A stretch of 64,000 bases of DNA, taken from contig CAWGKG010000023.1 of the NCBI GenBank assembly GCA_963823035.1, positions 1 to 64,000 of the forward strand. The letters are read 5' to 3'. The number at the start of each line of letters is the position of its first letter. The stretch's first letter is position 1. Positions 33,029 to 45,052 of this stretch are shown one piece after another. A program made the position numbers and the translations under genes. The DNA comes from an uncultured Gemmatimonadales bacterium. Its GTDB lineage: Bacteria; Gemmatimonadota; Gemmatimonadetes; Longimicrobiales; Gaopeijiaceae. Under the pieces are notes generated by a model. It saw only the letters and a program-made list of their open reading frames with translations. It had not been told where the DNA came from and did not search any database.

Positions 33029-33079
33029 CTGATACATCACCTGAAACATCAGCGTATGCCGCGGAGACCGAGGACGCAA
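33029..33079 (-). promoter_or_regulatory. Sigma70-type promoter of susC2 with two abutting operators
   Basis: Minus strand TTGCGT(33079-33074)-17 bp-TACGCT(33056-33051); CTGATACATCAC 33029-33040 and CTGAAACATCAG 33041-33052. Confidence 0.72.
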
Positions 33080-33231
33080 GTACAAATGTCGTTGAAGGCC
33101 GTGCAGCCCCGCCCTCCTCCCATGGCGCTCTTGTCCCGACCCTCGCCGCGGCATAGCGTGCGCTCATCGCCGCAGGAGATAGATCAGATGGCCCAGTGCG
33201 CGAGCGGGGCTCGTGCCGGAGGAGGAGCCGA

Positions 33232-35584
33232 ATGAAGCCACGTACGAGATGTCGCCATGGATTCACGACGCGTGCCATCCCGGGTCTGGTGTGCCTTCTG
33301 CTCGGCACGACCTACGCGCCCCTGGCCGCGCAAGGCACCGAAGCGGATTACCTACGCGCCGACAGCTTCGCCGCACGCACGAGCGACCTGGTGGTGGGGG
33401 TCGCCGAGGATCCCGGGTGGATCGAGGGGACGCAGCGCTTCTGGTATCGGACCTCCGTCACGGGAGGCCATCGCTTCGTCCTCGTCGACGCCGCCGCCGC
33501 GTCGAAGGCACCGGCCTTCGACCACGAGCGGCTCGCGCGCGCCCTGACGGCGGCGCGCGGGGACACCGTCACCGCGCTCGACCTCCCGTTCCGCCGGCTC
33601 GACTTCGTCGATCACGAGGCCGCCATCGAGTTCGTGCTGGCGGACTCCACCTGGCACTGCGGGCTGACGGACTACGCGTGCGAGAACCGCGGCGCGGTGC
33701 GCCAGGACCGCGGGGGGGACCGCGGCTACCCGTGGCAGGCCGGACCGGGCCAGCTGTGGCGTCTGCAGAACGGGGACGCCGTGGCGTCACCCGACGGCAA
33801 GCGCGAGGCGTTCATCCTCAACCACAACGTCGCCGTGCGCGCGGTGGGCTCCGAGGACTTCACCGCTCCTGAGCCAGGACGGCAGCGAGGGCGACATGTA
33901 CACGCGCGCATCGATCGTCTGGTCTCCGGACTCGAAGCGGCTGGCGGTCTACCGGGTGGTGCCGGGCTTCCAGCGTGAGGTGCACTACGTGCGATCCTCC
34001 CCCGAGGACCAGCTCCAGCCGGAGCACTCGACGCTGCTCTACGCCAAGCCGGGCGACGTGCTCGACCGCCAGACCCCCGTCGTCTTCGACGTGGATGCCG
34101 GAACGCGGATCGAGGTGGACGACGCGCTCTTCCCGAACGAGTACAGCGTATCCGGGCTCGAGTGGAGGAAGGACAGCCGCCACGTGACCTTCGAGTACAA
34201 CCAGCGCGGCCATCAGGTCTACCGCATCGTCGAGATCGACGCGGGCACGGGGGCGACCCGCGCGGTGATCTCGGAGGAGCCGAAGACCTTCTTCTACTAC
34301 ACGGATGCGAGCGGTGGGGGAAAGAAGTTCCGCTACGACGTGGACGACGGCGCGGAGATCGTCTGGATGTCGGAGCGCGACGGGTGGAACCACCTCTACC
34401 TCTACGACGGGCGCACCGGGAAGGTGGAGAACCAGATCACCAAGGGTGAATGGGTGGTCCGATCCGTGGATACGGTGGACGTTGCGAACCGCCAGATCTG
34501 GTTCCGGGCGAGCGGGATGGACCCGGACCAGGACCCCTACTTCGTGCACGAGTATCGCATCGGCTTCGACGGGTCCGGGCTCACGGCCTTCACGAAGGAG
34601 GACGGGACGCACTCGGTGAGCTTCTCGCCGGACCGCGCCTACTACGTCGACCGGTGGTCGCGTGTCGACCTCCCCCAGGTGGCGGTGGTGCGCAGAACCA
34701 GCGACCGCTCCGTGGTGATGGAGTTGGAGCGCGCGGATGCCTCGGCGCTCCTGGCCACCGGATGGCGCTATCCCGAGGTGTTCACGTCGAAGGGGCGCGA
34801 CGGCACGACGGACATCTGGGGGATCATCGTGCGGCCGACGAACTTCGACCCGTCGCGCCGCTACCCCGTGATCGAGTCCATCTACGCGGGTCCCCACGGG
34901 TCCTTCGTTCCGAAGACGTTCGGCACGCAGGCCCGCCTGCAGTCGGTCGCGGAGCTGGGCTTCATCGTCGTGCAGATCGACGGCATGGGCACGTCGAACC
35001 GCTCCAAGGCCTTCCAGGACGTCGCCTGGAAGAACATCAAGGACGCGGGCTTCCCGGACCGCATCCTCTGGCACCGGGCCGTCGCCGAGCGCTACCCGTA
35101 CTACGACATCGACCGCGTCGGCATCTTCGGCACCTCCGCCGGAGGACAGAACGCGATGGGGGCGCTCCTCTTCCACCCCGACTTCTACAAGGTCGCGGTG
35201 TCGTCGGCGGGTTGCCACGACAACCGTATGGACAAGATCTGGTGGAACGAGCTGTGGATGAGCTGGCCGCTCGGGCCGCAGTATGCCGCCTCGTCCAACG
35301 TCGACAACGCCTGGCGCCTGCAGGGCAAGCTCCTGCTCACGGTGGGCGAGATGGACACGAACGTGGACCCCTCGTCCACGATCCAGGTCGTGAACGCGCT
35401 GATCGAGGCCGACAAGGACTTCGAGTTCCTCTACGTCCCCGGCGCCGACCACGGGTCGGGCGGCGACTACGGTGCGAGGAAGCGCAACGACTTCTTCGTG
35501 CGGAACCTGCTGGGCGTCGAGCCGCCGGACTGGAACCACCGCGCGGTGGCGAGCCAGGACGGGTCGGGCTCCTCGGGGGGCTGA
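33232..35584 (+). CDS. Secreted S9 peptidase, dipeptidyl-peptidase IV-like (frameshift near 33865)
   Basis: DPPIV_N-type propeller ([18 protein letters not shown]); nucleophile GTSAGG, D-x-N-V and H of the triad; signal peptide. Confidence 0.9.
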
Positions 35585-35593
35585 GCGGGGGGG

Positions 35594-35692
35594 CACGGAG
35601 AACGCTGCTTCTTTTCACCACAGAGGACGCAGAGGACGCAGAGGTTCCTGCGGTCGCCGTGCTCTGCGTACCTCCGCGTTCTCCGTGGTGAA
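35594..35692. repeat. REP-like imperfect inverted repeat between convergent genes
   Basis: Arms TTCACCACAGAGGACGCAGAGGACGCAGAG (35614-35643) and CTCTGCGTACCTCCGCGTTCTCCGTGGTGAA (35662-35692) with 9-nt internal period; partial third copy at 35594. Confidence 0.75.
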
Positions 35693-35725
35693 GAAGTTGG
35701 GCCCCGAGGAGCGCCCCGGCGCCTC

Positions 35726-38010
35726 CTAGACCCGCACCTCGATCGGCTCGCCCGTGAAGGTCACCTCGCGCACGGTGTCCTCCCCCACCACGCGCACCTC
35801 GATCCGCCGCGGCATGGGCTCGATCCGGCCGCGAGCCGATCGGCCAGGCGGAGGGACAGCCGCCGCTCCGCGTCGGCCCAAGCCGTCTCGATGCGCATCC
35901 ACGCGCCGTCGCGATAGGCGAAGGTGTGCCCGTCGTCCTCGTAGATCGAGCCGCTCCCGTCCGCTCCTGGATGCACCAGCAGCGTCAGGGGCCCGTCCAC
36001 CTCCTCGCCCGTGTACTGCTTCACGGGACCCAGCGGCAGGACCGCGCCGGCACGCACGTAGAGCGGTAGCGTCTCGAGGTCCACCTGCCGGCTGATCTCG
36101 CGACCCCCTTCGACGCGCTCGCCCGTCCAGAAGTCGTACCACGCGCCGCGCGGCAGGTAGACGCGGCGGAAGCGCGCGTGCGGCTCCACCACCGGCGCGA
36201 CCAGCACGTCCCGACCCCACAGGTACGCGTCCCCGCAGGCGGCCGCGAGGCGGTCGTCCGGATCGTGGAGCCAGAGGGAGCGCATGATCGGCAGGCCGGT
36301 GTCGTGCGTCTCCCGGACCGCCGTGTAGAGGTACGGCATGAGCCGATAGCGCAGCTCGAGGTACTTCTTGCAGATCGGCTCCACCTCCGCGTTGTGCAGC
36401 TCGGAGAGGTCGGGGTTCCCCGCCCCGCCGCGGTAGCTCGCGATCTCGTCGTGGCCGAGCTCCCCGGTGTTCCACCCCCACGGCAGGCGCAGGTGCCAGG
36501 TCCGACCGTGGGAGCGGAAGAGCGGACAGAAGGCGCCGAACTGGAACCAGCGGACGTGCAGCTCGCCCGTGTACTCGGGCGTGGGCACGAAGCCCCCGAT
36601 GTCCGTTCCCCAGTACGGGATTCCCGACAGGCCCGTGTTGATGGCCACGGCGACGTGCGTGCGCAGCGTCTCCCACGTCGAGTACACGTCCCCCGACCAG
36701 AGGAAGGGAGCGTAGCGCGCCATGCCGGCGTAGCCGTTCCGGTGCAGCGCGAAGGGGCGCTCGCCCGGGCGCCACGTCTGGCAGCCCTCCCAGTACATGC
36801 GGATGCGCGCCAGACGCGACTCCGCGTCCAGGCCGTCGCCCTGGTCGGGCCACCAGCCGTCGATGCCCTGCTCGAACACCTGCTTGTGGATGGGCCAGTA
36901 GCAGCCTACACGCTGATCGTCCGGCCAGTCCCGGCCCGAGCCCGTCGCGCCGGGCGCCGGCGGATTCGGGCAGGGATCGTCCACCGTGCCCGTCAGGCGG
37001 TGTCCCTCGAGCACCGCGTGCAGCACGATGCGGAAGTGCATCGCGTGCAGCTCGGCGATCATCGCGTCCGGGTCGGGGAACGTCTCCGGGTTCCAGGCGA
37101 ACACCCCGTTGTTCGTGTTCCACCCGGCGGGCGTGAACCCGGTGCCGAGGTAGATGAGCGCGTCGCAGGGCAGGCCCTTCTCACGGAAGGTGCGCGCCAC
37201 CCAGCGGACCTCGTCCGGGCCCGCCAGCGTGCGGTGGGACTGCAGGTAGCCGAAGGACCAAAGCGGCGGCATCTCCGGCTTGCCGGTGATCGCCGCCCAC
37301 TCGGCCATCGTGCCGGCGGGATCGGCCGCGTCCACGACGAAGAGGTCGAGCGGGAGCGGGGCGTCCTCCGGCGGATCGAAGCGCCCCCGGCTGCCCGTGA
37401 GGTCGAACGTGCCGAGGGGCCAGTGCACGTAGAGCGCCCACCCATCCGTGCTCACCAGCCACTGGATCGGCACCACGCCGCCGTGCGTGCGCAGCTCGTA
37501 GCCGCCCTGGCCGTTGCGCATCCGATAGGCCTCGCCGCGCCGGTCGAACTGCGGGCCGCCCTGCCCCAGGCCGAGCAGCGGGCCGTCGCCCATCTCGAAC
37601 GACGTCGCGCCCGTGGCCTCGTCGACCACGATCTCCTGGAGGATCGGCCCGCCGGGCCGGCGCACGCGGATGCGTAGCGGCGCCCCTCCGACGCCCACCA
37701 GGAAGCCGCCCACCGCGGTCTCGCTGCCGTCCGCGGCCGCGAGAGGCACCTCGGGGGGCCATGCGCGCTCCACAAGGGCGCCGTCGTGCGGGTCGGCCGC
37801 CGCGGTCGCACCGTCCGGCAGCACGCGGATGCGCAGCGTGGCCGCGCTCACCGCGCTCGCCAGGACACCAACCTGACGCCCAGCCGCGCGCATCCCCGCG
37901 CCACGCCACGCCACGGCGGGTCCGAGGAGTGCCAGCCCGGCCCCGGCCGAGCCCAGGCGCCCGATCGCCTCCCGGCGTGTGATTGCGTGTCCCGCCGTCT
38001 GATATATCAT
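35726..38010 (-). CDS. GH31 glycoside hydrolase with Tat signal (frameshift near 35840)
   Basis: TRREAIG Tat-like motif; PPLWSFGYLQS, GWWPDQGD, WSGD, GTDIGGF, RWFQFGAF, LPLYVRAGAVLP. Confidence 0.9.
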
Positions 38011-38022
38011 TTCGGAAGAGTA
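37999..38022 (-). promoter_or_regulatory. Operator overlapping the GH31 start codon, with a -10 box
   Basis: CTGATATATCAT at 37999-38010; TACTCT (38022-38017) lies 6 nt before ATG 38010. Confidence 0.6.
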
Positions 38023-38103
38023 GGACCGTCCGCCCTCGACGGCCACCGCCATTCTCGCCCGCCGCCAGCGCCCGCGCCCTGAGTCCGACGACGGAGACGC
38101 ACG

Positions 38104-40118
38104 ATGCACGCTCGGCACGCCCGTCCTTCCCGCCTGCCCTCCCCGCTCCTCCGCCTCTGCGCCGGCGCCCTCCTTGCGCTGGCCCCCTCTGCCTGCGAGC
38201 CGCGAGCCTCGAACGAGGCCGTGCCACCGATCGACCCCCAGGTCGTCCAGGACCAGGACGACATGACGTGGGACGACTACCGCCCCATCCCCGGCATCGA
38301 CTGGGCCGACCCCTCGCTCACGCCCGACCGCGAGTTCCACATCGCGCTGGTCGCGATCGACTTTCCGGACCAGCCGTTCGTGATCACGATGCCACGCCAA
38401 TCCGATCCCTTCGGCAACCCGCAGGTGGAGCCGATCGCGCGCGACGACGTGCCGCGCTTCTACGCGGACTTCTTCCTGAAGCCCAGCGACGTCAACCACG
38501 GCCACACGATCAACGGCTACTGGATGGAGCAGTCACGCGGCAGCTTCGGGATCACGAAGGTGGACGCGTATGGGCCCTACCGCATGCCCGAGCCGCTGTG
38601 GGCGTATGGCCTCAACGAATACGGGCAGAACGAGTACACGCCGGACGGGAGCACGGCCGGCAGCCGGATGGAGCCCGACGTGGACTCCCTGTGGGCGGCG
38701 GACGTCGGGGACGTGAAGGGCGACTACGACGCCATCCTCCGCATCTACGCCGGCTACGACGAGACGAGCGTCTGGCAGGAATTCGGCGAGATGAAGTTCG
38801 ACTCCCGCGACGACATCACCCCCGAGTGGGGCAACCCGGACCCGGAGCGTCCGCGCTGGGTGCCGACGCGCTACGTACCGTGGACGAGCTGGCTCGCCGG
38901 GGCGCAGCAGTGGGGGCTGTCCTCCATGCGCCAGGGCGAGAGCTCGGGCACGATCACGCACGAGCTGGGGCACTTCGCCTTCCGCATCCCCGACCTCAAC
39001 AACAACCCCTACGTGCAACCTTACCGCAGGGTGGCGGCGGGCCCGTGGGACATGATGGACCGGGGGAGCTTCAACGGACCCGGCGGGCCCCACATGCGCT
39101 GGGTCGTCCCGCCGACGAACGGTGCGGCCATGCCGGCCGGGCTCATGCTCCGCAGCCGGATGGCGACCGGCTTCGTGGCCGACTCCGCCGTGCTCACGCT
39201 GACCCGCAGCGGGCTGGCGGCGTCCGGGCCCGTGGTCGCCGAGGTCACGGCGCGTGCCGTGGATCCCGCTCCCGGGAACGTACGCCGGCATCGCGGTGCG
39301 CCTCGACGGCGCCGAGCCCCACGACCGCACCCCGGTCGACGACCCTGCGACGAACCCCCTGTCGGCCGGGACGCCCAACTACGACTTCTACTCGATCGAA
39401 GTCGTGCAGCGTATCGGCTACGACTCCTTCACGCCGGACGACGGCGTGCTCATCGCCAAGAACAAGGACAGCCTGCGCGGACGCAACGGCGGTCCGAACG
39501 CGTTCAACAGCTTCGCGTGGGTGATCGACGCGCATCCCGAGGACATCGACCAGGTCGACTACGTCAAGCCGAATGGCGAGAAGGTGATGCGCACCATCGC
39601 CGACTACCGCCAGCTCAACGACGCGCTCTTCCACGCGGGGCTCGACTCCGGCAGCCGCTTCGAGTGGGAGGACGCGGCGAACGGCCTGCGCTTCTACGTC
39701 CTCGACCTGCGCCGCGACGCACAGGGCATCCGCTCCTACTCGATCGGCGTGCGCTCTCTGGAGGCGACCCGCGGGCGCGCCGCGGTCCTCGACGCCCCGG
39801 CCGACGACCCGCCCGGCGTGCGCGGAACGGACGCGCCGGTCGCGTTCACGCTGCGCGACGCCGGGGAGGCCGAAGCGTCCGCACCGGACGGGCCGGCGGC
39901 CGACATCTACCGGCTGGCCGTGTCCGTGGAGGGAGCGGGATGGTCGGCCCGTCTGCTCAACGAGCTGGCGGCCGTGGAGGCGGGCGGCTCCGCGCCCGGT
40001 GAACGTCTACCTGACGCGCGGCGACGGCGCGGCGGGCGAAGCCACCGTGACGCTGCGGGCCACCTCCGAGAGCGACCCGGGGCTCACCACTTCCGCCGTC
40101 CTTCACGTGGGCGGATAG
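38104..40118 (+). CDS. M6-family-like (immune inhibitor A) metalloprotease lipoprotein (frameshifts near 39277 and 40000)
   Basis: ALVAIDFPD, TINGYWMEQSRG, THELGH..IPDL, GPWDMMDRGSFNGPGG; lipobox-like PSAC; reconstructed stop at 40118. Confidence 0.8.
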
Positions 40119-40339
40119 GGAAACGTGCCTTCTCCGGGGCGGCGCTACGAGGGTGGCCGCTTCGGTGGCCACGCTGGTGGCCGCCGTCGCGCCTCTTCGA
40201 CCATGGGGACCGCGACGTCGGCTACGCGGGCACCTACGTCCACGACTTCTGGACGACCGAGCGTATCGAGCCCGGGGCACGTACCGCTTCTCCGCGAGCC
40301 GCGATGGGGGGGGACCCGGCGCGGCCAGGTTCGCCCGAG

Positions 40340-40540
40340 CATCGAGGAGGCGAATCGGGCAGGAGCCTTGTCGCCACCCTTCGCCCTGCTCTGCTCGCCC
40401 ATGTTGCGCGCTCGCCAATCGGCCGACGTGGTGGCCGAGGTCCTCGGCCCTACCCCTTGGGTGGACGAGCGCCTCGTGGAGCGGGACTTCGGCGAGCTGT
40501 GCGAGCCATACTGGGGGCCCTCCGGTGATCCGGCTGATCC
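40340..40540 (+). pseudogene. Fragment of a histidine-phosphatase (phosphoglycerate mutase-like) gene
   Basis: CSPMLRARQSADVV...DERLVERDFGEL matches the family middle motifs; no RHG motif or clean start found. Confidence 0.5.
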
Positions 40541-40618
40541 GTGGGCATCCCTCCACCCCCGGGCGACGGGGCGCCGCGCCCCGTCCGCCCGGGAGTCCCG
40601 CGTCGCCGCGGAGGACCG

Positions 40619-41641
40619 TCAGCCGGCCTGCGTCTCCATCGCCGGGGTGTACTTCCCGTAGCGGGCCGCGCCGTTGAGCTTGGCGCGGTGGAGGAACGCC
40701 TTGCGGCCGGCGTCCATGTTGGCCGGCTTCCCGGACCACGCCGAGAGCGACGGCGCCTGCAGGGCCCTCCCGTAGCTGAAGGAGAGCTGCCAGGGGAAGC
40801 CACCGATCTCGTTCATCGCGCTCAGGTGGGCCGTCGCGTCCTCGTCGCTCTGCCCGCCCGAGAGGAACACGATGCCCGGCACGTCGGCGGGGACGACCTC
40901 CTTGAAGAGACCGACCGTCCGCCGGGCGACCTCCTTCACGTCGGCCTGCTCGGGGCACGCGTTGCCCGAGAGCACCATGTTCGGCTTGAGGAGCATTCCG
41001 GGGAGGGAGACGCGCTGCTGCTCGAGGGCCTCGAACACCCGCTTCAGCGTCCGGCGGGTCACCTCCTCGCAGCGCTCGACCGTGTGCGCGCCGTCCATCA
41101 GCACCTCGGGCTCGACGATCGGCACCAGCCCGCCCTCCTGGGACAGGGCGGCGTAGCGCGCCAGCGCGTGGGCGTTCACCTCGATGCACAGGTCGGAGGG
41201 GATGTCGTCGCCGATCGTGATCACGGCCCGCCACTTCGTGAAGCGCGCGCCGAGCTTGTAGTACTCGGCGAGGCGGTCGCGCAGGCCGTCGAGGCCCTCG
41301 GTCACGGTCTCGCCCGGCGCGAAGGCCAGCGGCTTGGCGCCCTTGTCGACCTTGATGCCCGGGACGATCCCCTTCGCGGCCAGCATGTCGGCGAAGCGCG
41401 TGCCGTTGGAGGCGGACTGGCGGAGCGTCTCATCGAAGAGGATGACGCCCGAGACGTAGTCCTCGGCGCCCTTCGTGGTGAAGAGCATCTCGCGGTAGGC
41501 GCGACGGTTGTCCTCCGTGTTCTCGACGGAGATCGAGTCGAAGCGCTTCTTGATGGTGCCGGTGGACTCGTCGGCCGCCAGGATGCCCTTACCCGGGGCG
41601 ACGAGCGCGAGAGCGGTCTGCTCGAGATTCGGTTGACTCAT
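40619..41641 (-). CDS. Class I fructose-bisphosphate aldolase
   Basis: GKGILAADES, GIKVDKG, KWRAV, PIVEPEV, LLKPNM (Schiff-base Lys), FLSGGQS, SFSYGRALQ. Confidence 0.95.
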   Translation of the reverse strand: MSQPNLEQTALALVAPGKGILAADESTGTIKKRFDSISVENTEDNRRAYREMLFTTKGAEDYVSGVILFDETLRQSASNGTRFADMLAAKGIVPGIKVDKGAKPLAFAPGETVTEGLDGLRDRLAEYYKLGARFTKWRAVITIGDDIPSDLCIEVNAHALARYAALSQEGGLVPIVEPEVLMDGAHTVERCEEVTRRTLKRVFEALEQQRVSLPGMLLKPNMVLSGNACPEQADVKEVARRTVGLFKEVVPADVPGIVFLSGGQSDEDATAHLSAMNEIGGFPWQLSFSYGRALQAPSLSAWSGKPANMDAGRKAFLHRAKLNGAARYGKYTPAMETQAG

Positions 41642-41750
41642 GGTGTGCACCTGCCCAGGCCAGAAAAACGCGAGATGAACTTCAAAGGCGAACCTTAAAT
41701 GTCGGTATATCGGGTCCGTCCTTCCAGACGGGGGCTCGACCGGCGCATCC

Positions 41751-44112
41751 CTACCATCCGCCCTGCGCCGTCCGGGCGATGATCTCCTCCTGCAGGTCCC
41801 GCCCGATGTCCACGAAGTAGTCGCTGTAGCCCGCGACCCGTACGAGCAGGTCGCGGTACCGGTCCGGGTGGCGTTGGGCGTCCCGCAGGGTGTCCGTGTC
41901 CACCACGTTGAACTGGATGTGGTGGCCCCCCATGCGGAAGTAGGCGCGCACCAGCGCGGCCAGGCTCTGCACCCCGCTCTCGCCCTCCAGCACCTGCGGG
42001 AGGAAGCGCTGGTTGAGGAGCGTTCCGCCGGTGCGCACCTGGTCCATCTTCCCCAGGGACCGACACACGGCCGTCGGGCCGCACCGGTCGGCACCGTGCG
42101 AGGGCGAGGTACCGTCGGAGACGGGCAGTCCGGCGTGCCGTCCGTCCGGCGTGGCGCCGACCCGGGTACCGAAGTACACGTGGCAGGTCGTGGACAGGAG
42201 GTTGAGGTGGTACTGGCCGCCGCGCGTGTTCGGCCGGCCGTCGAGCGTCCGGAAGAGCGACTCGAAGAGCCGCTGCATGAGGCTGTCCGCGCGGTCGTCG
42301 TCGTTGCCGAAGCGGGGTGTCTTGTTCGAGAGGCGCTGGCGTAGCGGCTCGTCGCCCTCGAAGTCGCGCGCCAGCCCTTCCAGGAGGCGGCCCATGTCCA
42401 CCGTGCCCCCGTCCATCACGTGCGTGGCGAGCGCGGACAGGCTGTCCGTGACGGTGCCGACGCCGCAGCACTGGATGTACGTCGTGTTGTAGCGCGGCCC
42501 ACCGTCGTGGTAGTCGCGGGCCTTCTCGATGCAGTCGCGGATCACCACCGAGAGGAAGGGCGCCGGGTAGTCGCGGGCGAAGAGCGTCTCGATGGTGTGG
42601 TTCACCTCGACCTTCACGTCCACGAAATGACGCAGGCGCGCCTCGAAGGCCTCGTACAGGTCCTCGAAGGACACCCACGCGCGTGGGTCGCCGAGCGAGG
42701 GCGCGAGCCGAATGCCGGACGCCGGGTCGACACCGTCGTGAAGCGTCACCTCGAGGATCTTGGGCACGTTCAGGTAGCCGGTGAGGAGGTACGCCTCCTT
42801 GCCGAACGAGCCGGTCTCGATGCACCCGCTCGTCCCACCTTCACGCGCGTCCTCGAGCGACTTCCCCGCCCGCACCTGTTCCGCCACGACCGTATCCGCG
42901 CTGAAGAACGACGGATACCCGAAGCCCCGCCGCGCGACCTTGCACGCGGCCTCCAGGAAGCGGTCCGGCGTCTTCGTGCTCACCTGGATGTTGCTCTGCG
43001 GCTGGAGGAGGTGCACCTCCTCGACGACCTCGAGGAGGAGATAGGAGAGGTCGCTGACGGCGTCCTCTCCCTCCCGCGTCAGCCCGCCCAGGTTGATGTT
43101 CGTGAAGTCGTTGTAGGTGCCGCTCTCCTTGGCGGTCACCCCGACCTTCGGCGGCGCCGGCTGGTTGTTGAACTTGATCCAAAGGCAGCTCAACAGCTCC
43201 TTGGCCTGCTCGCGCGTGAGGCTGCCGTCCCGAACCTCCCGTTCGTAGAAGGGCCGCAGGTGCTGGTCCAGGTGGCCGGGGTTCATCGCGTCCCACCCGT
43301 TCAGCTCCATCACCGTGCCCAGATGCACGAACCAGTACATCTGCAAGGCCTCGTGGAACGTCCGCGGCGCATAGGCCGGCACCCAACGGCAGGTGCGCGC
43401 GATGTCGAGCAGCTCGCTTCGACGGTCGGGATCGGGCTCCTTGCGCAGCCATCGCCTCCGCGGCCTCGGCGTGCCGCTCCGCGAAGCGGACGATCGCGTT
43501 ACACGCGATCTCCATCCCGCGCAGCTGCGCCTCCTGGCGGCGCGTGGCCTCGTCGTCCGCGGATCCGAGGCGGGCGCGGCGGGCCTGGATCTCGGCACGG
43601 TAGTCCAGCATCCCCTTCCCGTAGATCTCGCCGTCCAGCGCGGTGTGCCCGGGCGCGCGCTGCTCCATGAACTCGGTGAACACGCCGGCCTCGTAGGCCA
43701 CGCGCCAGCGCTCGGGGATGTCGACGAAGAGGCGGTCGCGCATGGAGCGCCCCCGCCACCATGGGATGACCTCGCGCTCGTAGACCTCCATGACGTCGGC
43801 GCTCACCCGGTAGCGGGTGTGCTCCCGGTGGTCGAGGGTGTCCAGGTCCTCCAGGGAGTGACAGGTCAGCTCGGGGAAGGTGGGGACGACCTTGGGCGCG
43901 GGCCCCCGCTCTCCGACGATCAGCTCGTCCTCCCCGATGTGCACGGTCTGGCGCGCGCACAGCTCCCGGAAGGCCATGGCGCGCAGCACCGGCGCCGGAT
44001 GCTCACCTTCGTGCTCGCGGTATACACGCGTCACGATGGCGGCGCGCTCCGCGGAGATGCTCGGCTCGGCCTCGAAGCTGCGATCCCTCAGACGCCGCAC
44101 ACGCTCGTTCAC
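41751..44112 (-). CDS. hypD: Glycyl-radical enzyme, trans-4-hydroxy-L-proline dehydratase type (frameshift near 43441)
   Basis: FTEFMEQRAPGH, ELNGWDA, NNQPAPPKVG..KESGTYNDF, GTSGCIETG, LTGY, STTCH, RVAGYS match my recollection of the C. difficile HypD active-site segments. Confidence 0.88.
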
Positions 44113-44139
44113 GCTGACGACCTCCCGGAGGGCGATCGA

Positions 44140-45051
44140 TCACCCTCCCACGGTGACGTGAAGACCCCTCGACTCCAGGCGCCGGGCCCAGGTCGTGACC
44201 CGCTCTTCGGGGATCTCCTCGTCTTGTTCGAGGAGCCAGGGGAAACCGAACTTCCGGTGCTTGTCCCTGGCGGACTTGTGGTAGGGCAGCAGGCTCACGC
44301 CGTCGACAGGAGGCAGCGTCTCGAGGAGGGCCGCCGTACGGTCGATGCTCTCGTCGCTGGTCACGCCCGGGATCAGGGGGATCCGGATCCTCACCCGCGC
44401 GCCGAGCGACAGGAGCAGCGCGAGGTTGTCGACGATGGGCTGCAGCGGCACGCCCGTCACGCGCCGATGCACTTCGGGATCCATGACCTTCAGGTCGAAG
44501 AGGAAGAGGTCCGTCTCGCGTGCCACCCGCCGCAGCACGCCCGGCGCCGCGAACCCCGTAGTGTCCACCGCCCGGTGCAGACCGCGTGCGCCGCAGGCGG
44601 TCAGGATTTCGAGGAGGAAGCGCCACTGAAGCAGGGGCTCCCCGCCGGAGAACGTCACGCCCCCGCCCGACTCCTCGTAGTACGGACGGTCCCGCTCGAG
44701 CTGCGCCAGCAGCTCGTCCACGCCCATGTCGTGACCCACCAGTCGGCGCGCTTCCGCCGGGCACGTCTCCGCACACACGCCGCACATACGGCAGGCGTTC
44801 TGGTCGGTGACGACACCGTCCGGGCTCAGCGTGAGTGCTCCCTCCGGGCACGCGACCACGCATTCCCCACAGGCCAGGCAGCGCTCCGGCTCGTAGTGCA
44901 CGAAGGCTTGCTTCCCCCGACTCTCCGGGTTGTGGCACCACAAGCAGGAGAGGGGGCAGCCCTTGAAGAAGACGGTGGTGCGGATGCCAGGCCCGTCGTG
45001 GAGGCTGAACTTCTGGACGTCGAAGACCAGAGCCGTGGACGTGGAGGTCAC
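44140..45051 (-). CDS. Glycyl-radical enzyme activating radical-SAM protein
   Basis: HDGPGIRTTVFFKGCPLSCLWCHNPE (CxxxCxxC), two ferredoxin-type CxxCxxCxxxC inserts, GGVTFSGGEP. Confidence 0.95.
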   Translation of the reverse strand: MTSTSTALVFDVQKFSLHDGPGIRTTVFFKGCPLSCLWCHNPESRGKQAFVHYEPERCLACGECVVACPEGALTLSPDGVVTDQNACRMCGVCAETCPAEARRLVGHDMGVDELLAQLERDRPYYEESGGGVTFSGGEPLLQWRFLLEILTACGARGLHRAVDTTGFAAPGVLRRVARETDLFLFDLKVMDPEVHRRVTGVPLQPIVDNLALLLSLGARVRIRIPLIPGVTSDESIDRTAALLETLPPVDGVSLLPYHKSARDKHRKFGFPWLLEQDEEIPEERVTTWARRLESRGLHVTVGG

Positions 45052-45052
45052 A

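Noticed and set aside
35614..35692. CRISPR array
   Set aside because: Inverted arms with a short internal period, no repeat-spacer units and no cas genes in the window
41751..44112. Pyruvate formate-lyase or choline TMA-lyase call
   Set aside because: Single active-site Cys (GCIE), not the PFL Cys-Cys pair; surrounding motifs match HypD
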